DNA of 63,983 nt, filler included, from Collodictyon triciliatum (taxonomy: Eukaryota): the NCBI GenBank assembly GCA_043381765.1. It is 6 parts of 6 records of this genome, joined end to end, with 100 filler letters (N's around TTAATTAATTAA, not from the genome) between each part and the next. Parts side by side here need not be neighbours in the genome. Positions count along the whole stretch, not along the records: positions 11,962 to 23,816 come from JBHJMP010002294.1; positions 23,917 to 35,765 come from JBHJMP010002295.1; 4 more parts are not named here. The stretch is one strand, 5' to 3'. Position numbers and translations under genes: made by a program. Below are positions 17,029-29,647 of the stretch, piece after piece. The notes under the pieces were generated by a model. It had not been told where the DNA came from. It ran no database searches and saw only the letters and a list, made by a program, of their open reading frames with translations. How positions within the stretch are numbered: position 1 is the stretch's first letter; each line of letters starts with the position of its first letter.

Positions 17029-18539
17029 AACTTTGTGTTTTCCTCAGTCTACTTTTCTCTGGGTGCCTTCTCTTCTTTCGTTTCTTTCTCAAATCGACCT
17101 ATGGTGTATGCGGTTAGTCACAAAGTGAAGGAAGATTTAGATCTTTGTCCAGGAATAAAGGTGGGAGGATGTGCGGGATGCTCTTCTGCTGCTAGGGGGA
17201 AAAAATAGCCGATTTATTTAAGCCAGCGAAAGGAGAGATTCATGGCTGCTCACACAGCACCGAACATCATCAACAGCAATCTCCATCTAGGCAGCATCGC
17301 GACCAGTAAGGTTTTGAGTAACTCTCCCAAAGTTTTAATGAAAAAAATATTGAAATAATGCAAATAACAGTGTTGGTGCACCCAGGCGTGGGATGTGCAT
17401 CGTCCACACAGCTCCTTTCTGTTTCTTGCCCACGGCGGGGTTTCTCGGCGGTAGGCATGCGAGTGTTTACGGACTAGGAAGCGAGCTGCTCTAATGGGCT
17501 GTTTCTTTCTCCATCACCAATTTATACCCTTTCGAGCCAGCCTTAAGTGCGCACCTCACCTCTCGGCCGCCACGCGCAATGTCCACTCCTCTATATACCC
17601 TCTCCTCGGCAATTAACTAAAAGGAGCTCTCTTTACGCATTATATTTGTTTATTTGACGTTTGCTATCTATTTTGGTTTGAGCAATTAAGGAGAGAGTTT
17701 CGAAATCATGTATTGTGACGTAATGCAGGTACTTCTGATGCCAGAAAGCGAGGTCGCTATTTGTCCATATATGTCGAATTTTTTTCAAAATTGGAATATG
17801 TGTCTGAGAAAGGATAATGGGGCTTTTCATAATTTCCAGGTATATTGAAACTATCTAAAAAACTCTCCAACTTACCTTCCATATATTGCTAAATATTTCC
17901 AATCGGGTCTTCCACAAAAGTGCTTCAGCAGAATTGAGCGCAACTCATCCAATATGGAAAAGTCTTGCATTTTCCATTATTTGCGGAAAATATAGATTAG
18001 AATCAATAATTATTAAGTTTAATTTTTTTGTGATTTGTCTGTATATTGAGTTGCTTATAATTAACTTCGTACATTGGAAAAATGATAATATGTGCTGGTA
18101 GGAGAAGGGTGCCCTCTGAAATCTGGTATGCGCCGAAAGTGAAATGCAGCGGGCATATGAAAACTGCCATAGTACTCCATGAGAACAGATTAGCAGCTCC
18201 ATTTCAGATTTTTAGGAAATTAGATTGGGTTGTTATTGATACTGCGTTTAGACGGCTGTTTTATTACATACGCACAGTTCACATACTATTGAGCAAGATA
18301 TACTCATGACGCCCTGTCACTTTCTGTCGCACGGCCAATTCACCAACACTCTTGTCCTTCTGGCCCACATGAAGCCATTCTCCTTTTCTCAATCAATTAG
18401 CACGCTCCGCCTCGCCTTGTAATTACAAGCAATCACCAAGATAATAGCCAAAAAAAACAGTCAATACTGGCAAACGGATTTTCGAAAATCCCTCCGAACT
18501 TCACATCCATTTCATCCCAACCATCCAGGCCTTATCGCA

Positions 18540-19900
18540 ATGTCGACTGAATATCACGCAGCTAGAAGAGGTCAGAAATTATCCAAACATCTGGATGCCG
18601 AAGAGCTCCGAATCCCCACGTCAGTCAGTCTCAATCACGAAGGATTCGCATATGTTCCGAGTGGAGCCCTTTTGCTGCACCGTTGGTCGGGCTTTTTCTT
18701 CCAGGCAACCATTTGTCGTCTCTACCTCCGGAACTGTCCCTTTGGACGAGTCTTACCAAATTTTGCATTTCATCCAACCAACTCATCTTCCTACCACCAG
18801 AAATATCATGCTTGGGTGCCCTTGAAGAGCTCTTTGTTGATGATAATCAGCTGTCGGCTCTGCCCCAGAGCTATCACGTTTGAGGAGTCACGATTTACTT
18901 AATGCTAGTGAATATGAGCTGCCAGTGTTGCCGTCTGAAATATCTTGCTTGACGAGAATCGAAACTATGTTCGTCAACGAGACTTCGCCCCTTGTTTGTA
19001 CCATGAGATAAGGTTTTGAAAATTATTGAGGTTGTAGGGTATGTTTATAACTAATTTCTTTTACCTCTACCGTAAATGTGATGCTTAAAATGGTTCATGT
19101 ATCTCACGGTTCATCAAAATTCTGAAACTGATCATCTTTTATTTGTTCGAAATGAAATATCATCAATAAAAATACCCGCAGATGGAGGAGCTATGACTCC
19201 AAACGTCTGCTCTCGCAAGCTCGAAAGTGCTTTAGATTCTACGTTATATTCGAATCCAAGCCATTAGGAGAGGCCTATATGGAACAAAAAAAACCTTCCT
19301 TGCCATAGATATAAAGATAAAACAAACGACAGATATATTCGAGAGCTGCGAGTTTGTGAAATAGGAAGTAATTTAATTGTAAAAACGAATCAAATGTGCT
19401 TATTCAAATGGCGCTCGCAGATAGACTCTATACCGAAGCCGAAATGGGTGCCGAGTGGACTGAAATTCAAGATGAAGTCTCTGAGTTTGTGTGGGGTAAA
19501 TCCCACTGAAATACCAAAAAGCATTTCACTTTTACAAAACTCCACCTATTTGTCTCTAGGAAGAAATAAAGTAACTGTAAATATTCCAAATGAACTGCCA
19601 CAATATGTAATACTCATGCAACTAAACAGCTCTAGGAGCTCGCTGAATCCATTCGCCATCTTGCTCCGATAGGATACTCAGACCTTTCGAAAAGGAACGT
19701 AAAGTTTTAAATTCATAGAGTATAATAATTTTGCTTCCCATATTATTGTCCGTAATTAAATTATGAAAAAAAAGTCCACAAATCGGCAAACCTTTCTTTC
19801 TTTCTTTCTTTTTTTCTTTTTTCTTTTTTTTTGGTTTACAGTCATCCCTGATTCGATCAATAGAGTTAATACCCTTGAATCACTGGGTATCACAAACCAT
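18540..19900 (+). pseudogene. Degenerate leucine-rich-repeat protein gene
   Basis: LRR units (LFLPGNHLSSLPPELSLWTSLTKFCISSNQLIFLPPEISCLGALEELFVDDNQLSALP; ELPVLPSEISCLTRIETM; LSLCGVNPTEIPKSISLLQNSTYLSLGRNK) are split over frames by stops and frameshifts without adequate splice sites. Boundaries are approximate. Confidence 0.65.
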
Positions 19901-21588
19901 CAAAAAAAGTGTCAGGACTGCATCAAAGTGGGAACGATAAACAAAATCAGTACATTATTATTTTTTAGAAAAAATCACCAATATTCTTATTTTGTTGTGT
20001 TTGCCTATATGATGATTTCATTAAATAATAGCGTTGTCAGTGTTTCATTAAATGCTGGAATTTATGCATGTTAAAAGAAGTTTGCAGCCAACTATGAGAC
20101 TACAGAGGTCCAGAAAATACACATGGCGTGCTGAATTTCTATTCAACCTAGCGATTTCTATTCTTCTCATCAATCTTTAATCATGTTAAGAGAGGGTAAT
20201 CCTGCTATAAAAAAATCAACCAAGCACCATTTTCCCCCATCCCTTGACTTTTTTCATTCACTTTCTATGGGCTATGAGGCCAAGCATAAATCTCCAAGAA
20301 AAATCTAGACGAATAAAGATTATCATATTTCATTCATATTTGAATATCCATAATGCAAAATGTTATGAGCCCTACTCCGTGTCATTAAAAATTTTTTTAG
20401 TTTTTCGCAAATGATGCATTTTCAAAAAGTAAAAGTAAAGAAAATTGAACCTACCTTTCAAGAAAATAGGCCTTGGTCAAGAAAATTACAAGTTCCGGGG
20501 CTTTAAAAAGAGGCAAGGAAAGGGATAGCGTGTTATATCAAAAAATCAGCGACATTATTTGGACACACAACGCGTCATTAATGAAAATATTTGTGGCACC
20601 ACGCTTTCAATATAAGGACACAACCAGACACAAAATCCAAGCCACACTCAAATCATTCATTACCAGAACTTTCCTCTTTACTCCCCTTTCAGTGAGATAA
20701 ATATCTTCTCTCATCATGCCCGGTTTCAACTTGGTGCTTTAAGGGAATATAATACGCATCAATTACATTAGAGTGACCTAGATAGGATGCATGAAAAAAA
20801 AAAAGAAGAGTGCTTTTTGTTATTATATTATTGAATATTTCATTCAATGTTTAACCCTAATTTCCTGCGAAATCCAGGTGTTATGCCCATTTTTTTCTTT
20901 ATTCGATTTTATCATCAAGGGGCTTACTCATACAGGAGTGAGCATACCTCTGATGACATTATAGAACCACATTATGGATTGGGTGGGGATGAAAGCGCTA
21001 ATATGTAATAATAAAACGTTGACGAACTTGCTTCTAGGCGACTCAAATAAGCTATTATTGTGTTTTTATTTAAGAAGTTTATTCAAGATATGGAGAAACC
21101 CCGATTTTTGATTAGAAAACATTGTAGAGGTTTGAGGTAGCTCCTTACAAGGAAAACGAAATTAATGCCCAATATTCTTCTGGGCCTGTGATCGACGAAC
21201 CTGATGTGATTTTCTTAACCAATTCATTTGAGTGCGAGGAATATCCCACGGTTAGGTAGAACGATATTATTTTAGGATACGTTGGAGAGAGGACTATGAG
21301 CCAGGCTTATGTAAAACTGTTGTAAATCCCGGTTTCGTCTTCATGATCAAATACATCCTCAACTTCAATCAAGGCAACCACGAGATGAATTAGAGTGGCA
21401 GCATTCGAAAAGCTATTATTTGCTAGGGATGTTGGAGGAATTGAGTGGTTAGGCCCGTGCGGGTTGGGAGCAGGTTCCGTGCGTTTTAGATAAATATCGG
21501 TTGGACTCGGCTGTGCATGCAGCATACTTCTAGGTTCTGTGAGAAATTTTGTCTGAGACTGCGACTGATATGTAATATTTAAAAGATA

Positions 21589-21858
21589 TTATGGCTCTGC
21601 GCTCACAAAAGCAAGAGATTGAAATAGTAATCGTGGTTGTGAAGATATGATTACAGAGATAGAAACAATATCGTGTGGTTCCAAACCTCTTTGAATAATA
21701 TGGTTTTGATTATCGAGAAAGTTTGGAGCGTTTGGATTTGCTGCAAGTTCAAAGTAGCGCTGAAGGAGTGACTCCGGTGGAGGACGGCATTTTAGATAGG
21801 GAGCTGGAGGCATTTCTGGGATGGGCAACTCAGACGCTGGCTCTAGACGATCAGACAT
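21589..21858 (-). CDS. Hypothetical Pro-rich protein, N-terminal exon, paralog 2 (3' structure unresolved)
   Basis: MSDRLEPASELPIPEMPPAPYLKCRPPPESLLQR; same spacing from the ATG as the 17028 copy. Confidence 0.5.
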   Translation of the reverse strand: MSDRLEPASELPIPEMPPAPYLKCRPPPESLLQRYFELAANPNAPNFLDNQNHIIQRGLEPHDIVSISVIISSQPRLLFQSLAFVSAEP

Positions 21859-23386
21859 TCTACAGAAGGTAAGCTAAGAATCATGTCATTATTTCTTTCC
21901 TTCCCACTTAGCGCATCAGACTGAGGTTTGTGGTGGATTTTTTTTTTGGGACTTTGCAAGACAAGAGATCGCACTAACTCGACTTAGTAAAGTTAATGTG
22001 TATTCGGGTTTAGGCGATTGATGTATGTGCTACGGATATCCAGTTTTTTCGTTCTTCTGGGGAGATGGCAGAAATAAAACTTCCGCTCAGCCATAAGAGG
22101 GGGTTCGCAAAAGGGTGTGAGTAATTGCTGCTCTTGTGACATCCTCAGGTATTGCTCCTGGTTGTAATGAAGACACTCGAGAGGGATGAGAAAAGCATGC
22201 AGAGGATGGTGAAAGGCTTAGCAAAGCCCTAGGTTTATTATAATGTAACTGAGCTAGTGGCCCGCACCAACTTACACATTTGTTGAACGTAGTGTGTAGT
22301 TGGTGTGAAGGGATACTATTGGATGATGCCAATGGCTCTACCACACAGCACTGTAAGTGTAAGGAAAAGCTTGTTGTTTTTATACCCATGGCGCTGTTGG
22401 TGCTGTGTTTATGACCTAATTATTCTATTTATCATTCGCTTGCCCCAACATCTTCCTGTGACGCCCAAACCGCTTAACATTTATCGGAAGGACAATGGAA
22501 CATAAGTGAAGAACAGAAAAATGAAAGAACAATTTCGGAAGCTTTTCTTGAACGCCACCAAAACCACCAACTTGCATTAAGGAATTACAGCGAGCTCTAA
22601 TTTTCCAATTTCGGTCTTTTGCACGAGTAAGTTTGACATCATATTTACTTTTTTGGACTAAATGGGGATGAGTTCGTCACCATGACGACATATTCCGTCA
22701 TTGTTACATTTTTGGAATGTTATTTTTCGCACCACAACAAATTAAGAGCCCGGGTCCCGTTTCGGGCCAAAACATAATACATATGGTGCCTTGACAAGGT
22801 TCTGCAAATGGGAGTTTTTAATGAATAATTTAAAAATTGAATTCGAATTAAGCGAATAAATACTAAATGGGATTTCTGAGGCAAGAATTATCCTTCTTTG
22901 TTATTTTGATATAAAAATGGAATGTTGGTGGGTAGTTTTCCTTTCTTATTTTTATAATCTGGAATTTATTGTAAATTTTAAATAACAACCTTACTTTGTG
23001 AGTTCATTCACCTTATATAAATGAAATCCATAATATTTGTATATTATATAGTAAAATTAATGCCTGATTCGTTGCATGTCCCAATATTTGGAATCAATCA
23101 TCGACATACCGTACAAATTCCACAGCGAATCATCCTCCCCAAAAAGGATACCAGCTGAATCCATCTATATATACCCGAATCCGCGATTTCGTACATCAGA
23201 AACGACGTTTTGTACAATACGGTGGAATCCGCGGCCAACGCACCGTGAAGCCCAAACACAATCACCCCCGGCCATCTGCTCTCGAGTACATTAACCGCGA
23301 ATCGTAACAACATAAACAAACCAACAAAAATCAGAGACAAAAACAATACAGTACTCGAAACGAGACTCATAAATACAACCAGAACA

Positions 23387-23656
23387 ATGCTGCCGCGCCA
23401 CGTACTCGCAAGCCTCCTGCTTGGCCTGGGCCTCCTTGCCGGAATCCAGTGCATCGTGCTGCAGCCAGGCACCTTCACAGCAGCAGATGAAGAGCGCCTG
23501 CTTGACTCCGTGCGCGAGTCGCTCACCAGCAAGGATCTGGAGCAAGGCAAAGCGCTTCTTTCACAACTGCGCGGACCCAGCAACAACCCGGAAGCCGTGC
23601 TCAACTACACACTGGGCATCAAGGCCTATGAGCGGCAGCTGCAAGACGGGCTCTTG
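23387..23656 (+). CDS. First exon of a secreted protein, truncated by the contig end
   Basis: Signal-peptide-like MLPRHVLASLLLGLGLLAGIQC, GC-rich codons, donor TTG|GTGAGT at 23657, then an (ACTC)n intron running into the gap. Confidence 0.65.
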
Positions 23657-23916
23657 GTGAGTTTCTTTCCCTCTTCTTTTTCCCTCAAGAAAACAAGAGA
23701 GAAAACCCGCACTCACTCACTCACTCACTCACTCACTCACTCACTCACTCACTCACTCACTCACTCACTCACTCACTCACTCACTCACTCACTCACTCAC
23801 TCACTCACTCACTCACNNNNNNNNNNNNNNNNNNNNNNNNNNNNNNNNNNNNNNNNNNNNTTAATTAATTAANNNNNNNNNNNNNNNNNNNNNNNNNNNN
23901 NNNNNNNNNNNNNNNN

Positions 23917-23953
<37 letters not shown>

Positions 23954-24256
23954 TTTTTGCTTTTTTGCTTTTTTGCTTTTTTGCTTTTTTTCTTTTTTTC
24001 TTTTTTCATTTCTATCGGAAATATAAATAATCCCTCTGCCCTAAAGGCAACCATGCAAATAAATCGGGTCATTGATTCTGGCTGCCCAGAACTTTTACTT
24101 TTTTTTTCTTTTTATCATTATTATTATCCTTAGCGCAGAGTAAAGCCGACGTTTAAAATCACTCCGCCAAAGGACGCTGTGTGCAAACAATAGTGGTTGT
24201 GAAACTCGGCGAAATAAATCGGAGCCGCTTTTTCTTTGTCTCTTGTGTCTCCTCTG

Positions 24257-27200
24257 ATGAAACGAGGACACCCCGCTTCGCCACTGCGGCTAAGAACTCT
24301 TCGTCCGGGTGTTAAAGTGGAAAAACCCATGCCGCCCTCAGAAACCGGTCGAGAAGCGAGCGAAGCGGCGATGGCAGAACTGCAGACGTTGTTGGATACA
24401 GTCACGGTGGACTTGGACATTGAGAGGGACTTACGAAACCATGCTGAGTCTGAGCGTGTTTGCCTTCCACTTTTGTTATTTTCTCGAATTAACTCTTATT
24501 CATGCTTCTTCATGCTTATTCATGCTTATTCATGCTTATTCATGCTTATTCATTTTTATTCATTTTTATTCATTTTTATTCATTTTTATTCATTTTTATT
24601 CATTTTTATTCATTTTTATTCATTTNNNNNNNNNNNNNNNNNTTTTTATCTATGTTGGTGCTCATCTTCTTAGGATGATGCGCTTGGTCTCTTGGAAAAT
24701 CGCAACATAGAATTATATGATGCCAAAGCTGAGTTGGCAAACAAGGACAAGGAATTGGAGGAATCTGAGGAAAAGCATCACATAGAATTAAAAGTATGAC
24801 TTTCGATGAAATTAATGTTATGTTGTTCAATTAAGTAAGTTAAGTAGATGGATGGAACAAATCTACCACATACTTCTTCTTTCCATCCCTTTCAACTGTT
24901 TCTATCGCTTTCGTTCTTTTTTCATCTTTTTTTCATCGGATATCTGAATTATGACTCATACATAAAAATTATCACTATCTGCCAGGTTTACAAGCAAAAG
25001 ATAAAATATTTGATAGTCGAGCATCAGAGACAAACAGCTGCATTACAAACACATTATGAGGATGTCATCCAGAAACTCAATCAGGGACACCAAACGAGAG
25101 AAGCAGATTTTGACAAAGCCTACCAAACTTTAAAGACGGAAAACAAAGAGCTTGGGCAGAAACACCAGGATGTCATCAGAGGCATGAAACAGGTCACCCT
25201 TTATGAATTAAATTTTAAAGACAGAATCTGAGCATATGTTTTGAATGATTTAACAAAAAAATTTCTTCATCGTCGCTCTCTTTCTTTCTTTTAATAAAAT
25301 TTATTTAATCACAAAGTTGCAATTACAATTGAAACCAAAAAAAAAAATACGTCACACAATCACCCAGGAATACGAAAGAGCAATTACAAGGCTTCGAAAC
25401 GAACATGAAAAAATGTGCAATGATTTGATTCTTAAGTATGAAAAGAAAATAAAGACTTCACAAAATGAATTAGCTTTAAAAAGAGAAATCGAGATAAATG
25501 AATTGGAACAGGTATTATTGTTTCCTCAGCTCATTTATACTACAATATTTACTCCTGTATGTCTTTCAACAGAAAAATATGGTCAGAAATGCTTTAATGT
25601 GATACATGCATTATTCTCAGAGAAAGAACGAACAAGTCAACGATTTGATAAAAAGGCACGAAAAAGCTTTCGCTGATATCAAGAGTTACTACAGCGAAAT
25701 TTCACAAAATAATATGGACCTCATCAAAACATTAAAAGAAGAAATTTTTGATTTAAAGAAGCGAGAGGCTAGTAGCCTCAAGCTTTTGGTCGACTATGAA
25801 CAGCAGAATAAAAAGTTTTTGCTATTTTCATATAGATATCAAATGATTTTGAAAACGATGGCGTGATGTATTGTGGGCAAATCGTAGCAGCTCTATGCAA
25901 AATTGTAATTATTCATTTTATTAACTGACATGCATCCTCAAATAAAAATGGTAGGCTAGTTGAACCCCTAGAGAAATCACTGAAGGATAACGAACTTTTG
26001 AAACAGCAACTTGTCCATTATGAAAAGGTATTCTTTATGTAATATCGGTCAAGTATTTCCGATCCCAAAAATGCATATGCGATAAACAATATTTTTGACA
26101 TATTTCTTTTTCTTAAAATGGTTTTCAGGATAAAGCTGCTCTTTCAAACTGCAAAGCTCGGATCAAAGTAAAGCAGAATTATGCTAATAAATAGAATGCA
26201 AAAAGATTGGGCTTTTATTTATCTGAATTTTGTTTAATTTCATTGGAAAGGCTAATGAAACAAGTCATAAAGTATGAACGTCATTAAAATACATGGTTTA
26301 GGTGATGGAGGCTGAACTTCAGACACTTAATTGGGAGCATGACATACTCATTCAGCGGTTCGAACAAGTTAGTCATTTTTTAAAAAAAAATTAATAATTC
26401 TGTAATCATATATTTGAATACACAAAAAATTTACATATACTTTGAGCCTGTAAGATTTTATTGGATTGGATTGGATTGTGTTTTCAACTCCGTTTTATTG
26501 TGCTATTATTTTTTAAAGATCCAGAAAGAGAGGGATGAGTTGTATGACCAATTCGTGGCTACGATCCATGATGTGCAACAAAAGGTTGACTATTAGAATA
26601 TGAAGATATGTTTACAAATTATATCCTTTCGTTTTCTTTTTCCGAAAAAAAAAACTAACGCTATTGTCTCTTGAATAGATTAAATAATGGAATTATTTTC
26701 TCACTATTTGAATAAAACAGGCTGGATTCCGTAGTCTGATGTTTGAAAAGAAGCTTGTGGATGTCAAGCATTTAGTCGAAAATCAGGTATTTTTCATCTC
26801 GTCGATACAGATTAGTAGACAGATATTTCATCGCATCACAGGAATATTATTTCCCTTCATTTCTCCCACCTGAACCACAAATAATAAATGATTAATCATT
26901 CACAACAGGTAATAAATCACTCGAAAATGAATCTTGGACTTTGTTCCAATTCATTTTATTTTTATTATTTTTATCTTTATCTTTATCTTTATCTTTATCT
27001 TTATCTTTATCTTTATCTTTATCTTTATCTTTATCTTTATCTTTATCTTTATCTTTATCTTTATCTTTATTTTTATCTTTATCTTTATCTTTATTTTTAT
27101 CTTTATCTTTATCTTTATCTTTATCTTTATTTTTATTTTTATTTTTATTTTTGTTTTTATTTTTAAGTTTATATTTATTTTTATTTTTATCTTTATCTTT

Positions 27201-27963
27201 ATCTTTATCTTTATCTTTATCTTTATCTTTATCTTTATCTTTATCTTTATCTTTATTTTTATTTTTAAGTTTATATTTATTTTTATTTTTATCTTTATCT
27301 TTATCTTTATCTTTATCTTTATCTTTATCTTTATCTTTATCTTTATCTTTATTTTTGTTTTTATTTTTGTTTTTATTTTTATTTTTATTAAGTTTTCAAT
27401 CTACATTAACTCAGAAATATAAAAAACGGTTTATTATCGGTGCTGTTTGAACAATAGGTATCGCATCAAAGTGAGCCGCATTCTTCATCGGCGACAAACC
27501 AGGAACCATCCAACTCAGTCCCGCCTACTTTGGATGATATTTTGGCATCGAAAAATGAGTTTGTGGAGGAGCTGCAACTTGGCATGGAAAAGGCATCATA
27601 CGTATGCTTTGTAAAATATCTGGCTGATTTGCAAATGATTGCATGAGGCAGAGATACCCACCATTTGAACAATCATTTTCTCCATCATATTCATTTTCAT
27701 ATTCGATGATTTCCATGTGAACCCACCGACACATCCAGAGAGAGTTCCACTCAGACCTCTAGCGAAAACCATTATAGGTTTTCAAATAACCCCTTAACTG
27801 AATTTTATTCTATTTTTTCGCTTTTGAAAAGCAACGCGAACAGGTTCTGGGCAATTATCACGCAAACCTGGTCGGAATCGGCGCGGTTGGAAGCGCGGGA
27901 ATGCAAGACACAGACAGAGCGGAAATGAAGTATTCAGAAACACAGGCACCAAGACCGTCATGA
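24257..27963 (+). CDS. GAS8: Dynein regulatory complex subunit 4 (GAS8/DRC4/trypanin), multi-exon; start may be ATG 24329
   Basis: Spliced AELANKDKELEESEEKHHIELK|VYKQKIKYLIVEHQ, RKNEQVNDLIKRHEKAFADIKSYYSEISQNNMDLIKTLKEEI, LNWEHDILIQRFEQ, ERDELYDQF and LDDILASKN match the conserved blocks of GAS8. Confidence 0.92.
26960..27390. repeat. (TTTATC/TTTATT)n hexamer array in a GAS8 intron
   Basis: Directly visible tandem array of about 430 nt. Confidence 0.95.
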
Positions 27964-28418
27964 CCTTCTTGCTATTGGACTTTCGGTGTCATGCCCTTGT
28001 TTTCACTGTCTTTTGCCTCAATTCATTCTTGTATATACAACCAGAAGATATCATTATGTGATGAAAAGGAAAAGCACTGAAACACCCTTAAATATACATC
28101 ATTGCATTTTGAGAAATAAACGGATTGAAAGTGCACTCAGAAATACTGGTATGTGATATATTTTCATATTTCTCTCCATTTTTTATGATTATTTTTTAAA
28201 TGAAACAGTTATAACATTCCTGTAAATGTATTATTGTAATTGCTGAAATAATTGAGTGAATAGAAAAAAAACAAATCAATGTTATTTTAAACAAAAAAAC
28301 GTAGAATAAGTACTTTTGAGCGTTTTATCGAATGATGCACAATTTCAAGTTAGAGGCTGCAGCGCTTTATTACGAGTTGATAAGGTCAGTTGTAAAAGTG
28401 GTGATGATTGCATTTGAT

Positions 28419-29563
28419 TTAGAGCCCATTTGACGGCTTTGCACGCGTTGTATTGCGCAGCGGAGGAAGCATTTTGCCATTCGAATCACTGCCACTATTG
28501 CGATTATGACTGGGCGATGCGCCGACTCCCGACCCGGCCCTGCAGGTTTCAAATTGGGTGAACATCAAATGATTAAGCGAGAAAGAAAATCAAAGGCAAA
28601 AAAAAAAAGTATATGCGCATAAAAACTTTCACTCCAATATTTTCTCTGTACCAATCTTCTTTTATGAAACTGCACTCTTTCGAGCAAAACGAATGGAATG
28701 ACAAAATGACAGTGCAATCGTGAAATCGTGTGATTTTTCATATGCCAAATCATAGAGTAATTCACTGTACGGTTTTTCACTTTTCCGCGCAACGTTTGAG
28801 TTACTGGCTGGCGGGCTGAGAGCGTTTGGCGATGAACGAAATCCGGGCGAGTCGTACATCGAGAACTGGTCGGGCTCTGCTTGTGCCACAGGGATATTAC
28901 GATTACTTTCGTCAACATAAAGGGGAAAAAAAGCACTTTCTACACAGCAAGCGGACTAAAACATTATGCTGTGCAATAGGTAAAATAAAAAAAAAAAGAT
29001 GATGAAGAGGATTTCATTCATCAAGAATCAAGCGAGTGCAAATAATCCAAAGAAATTCTCTCTTTTTTTTCTTCTTTTTTTATACACAATAAAATAGGAT
29101 GGTCACATCCTTCACATGACACTCTCTTTGAATCAAGTACATATATATAATCATATACACCATTTTGAAAGTAATATAAGAGAACGGATGGTTGCCTCTG
29201 CTTTTCGCGCTTCGTCCCGCGTTGGGCCCGTTGAAAGCAGGCGGGTCAGGTTTCCAGCGTGACGGCATGGACGGCGGCCCTGCATGATGAGCTCCGGTCG
29301 AGGATGATGTTGGCAAGAGCGGTGTGTTTATCCCGTTTCCGATTGCAAGTCCGTCGATAGCGGAGGCCGATAACGCCCCGCCACTGGTCTTGTCGCTGCG
29401 GCGATTTCCAGGCCCCTCAGCAGGCGGAGCTGGTGTGAAGCCGTTGGGCGGATTCGTCGTTTTCTTGGTTCCTCTGTTGCAGTTATTGATATTTTGTCAA
29501 CAATATCACATAAAATTTGAGGGCACAGAGTATTTGTAGGTGCTGATGATGATGATGATGATG

Positions 29564-29647
<84 letters not shown>

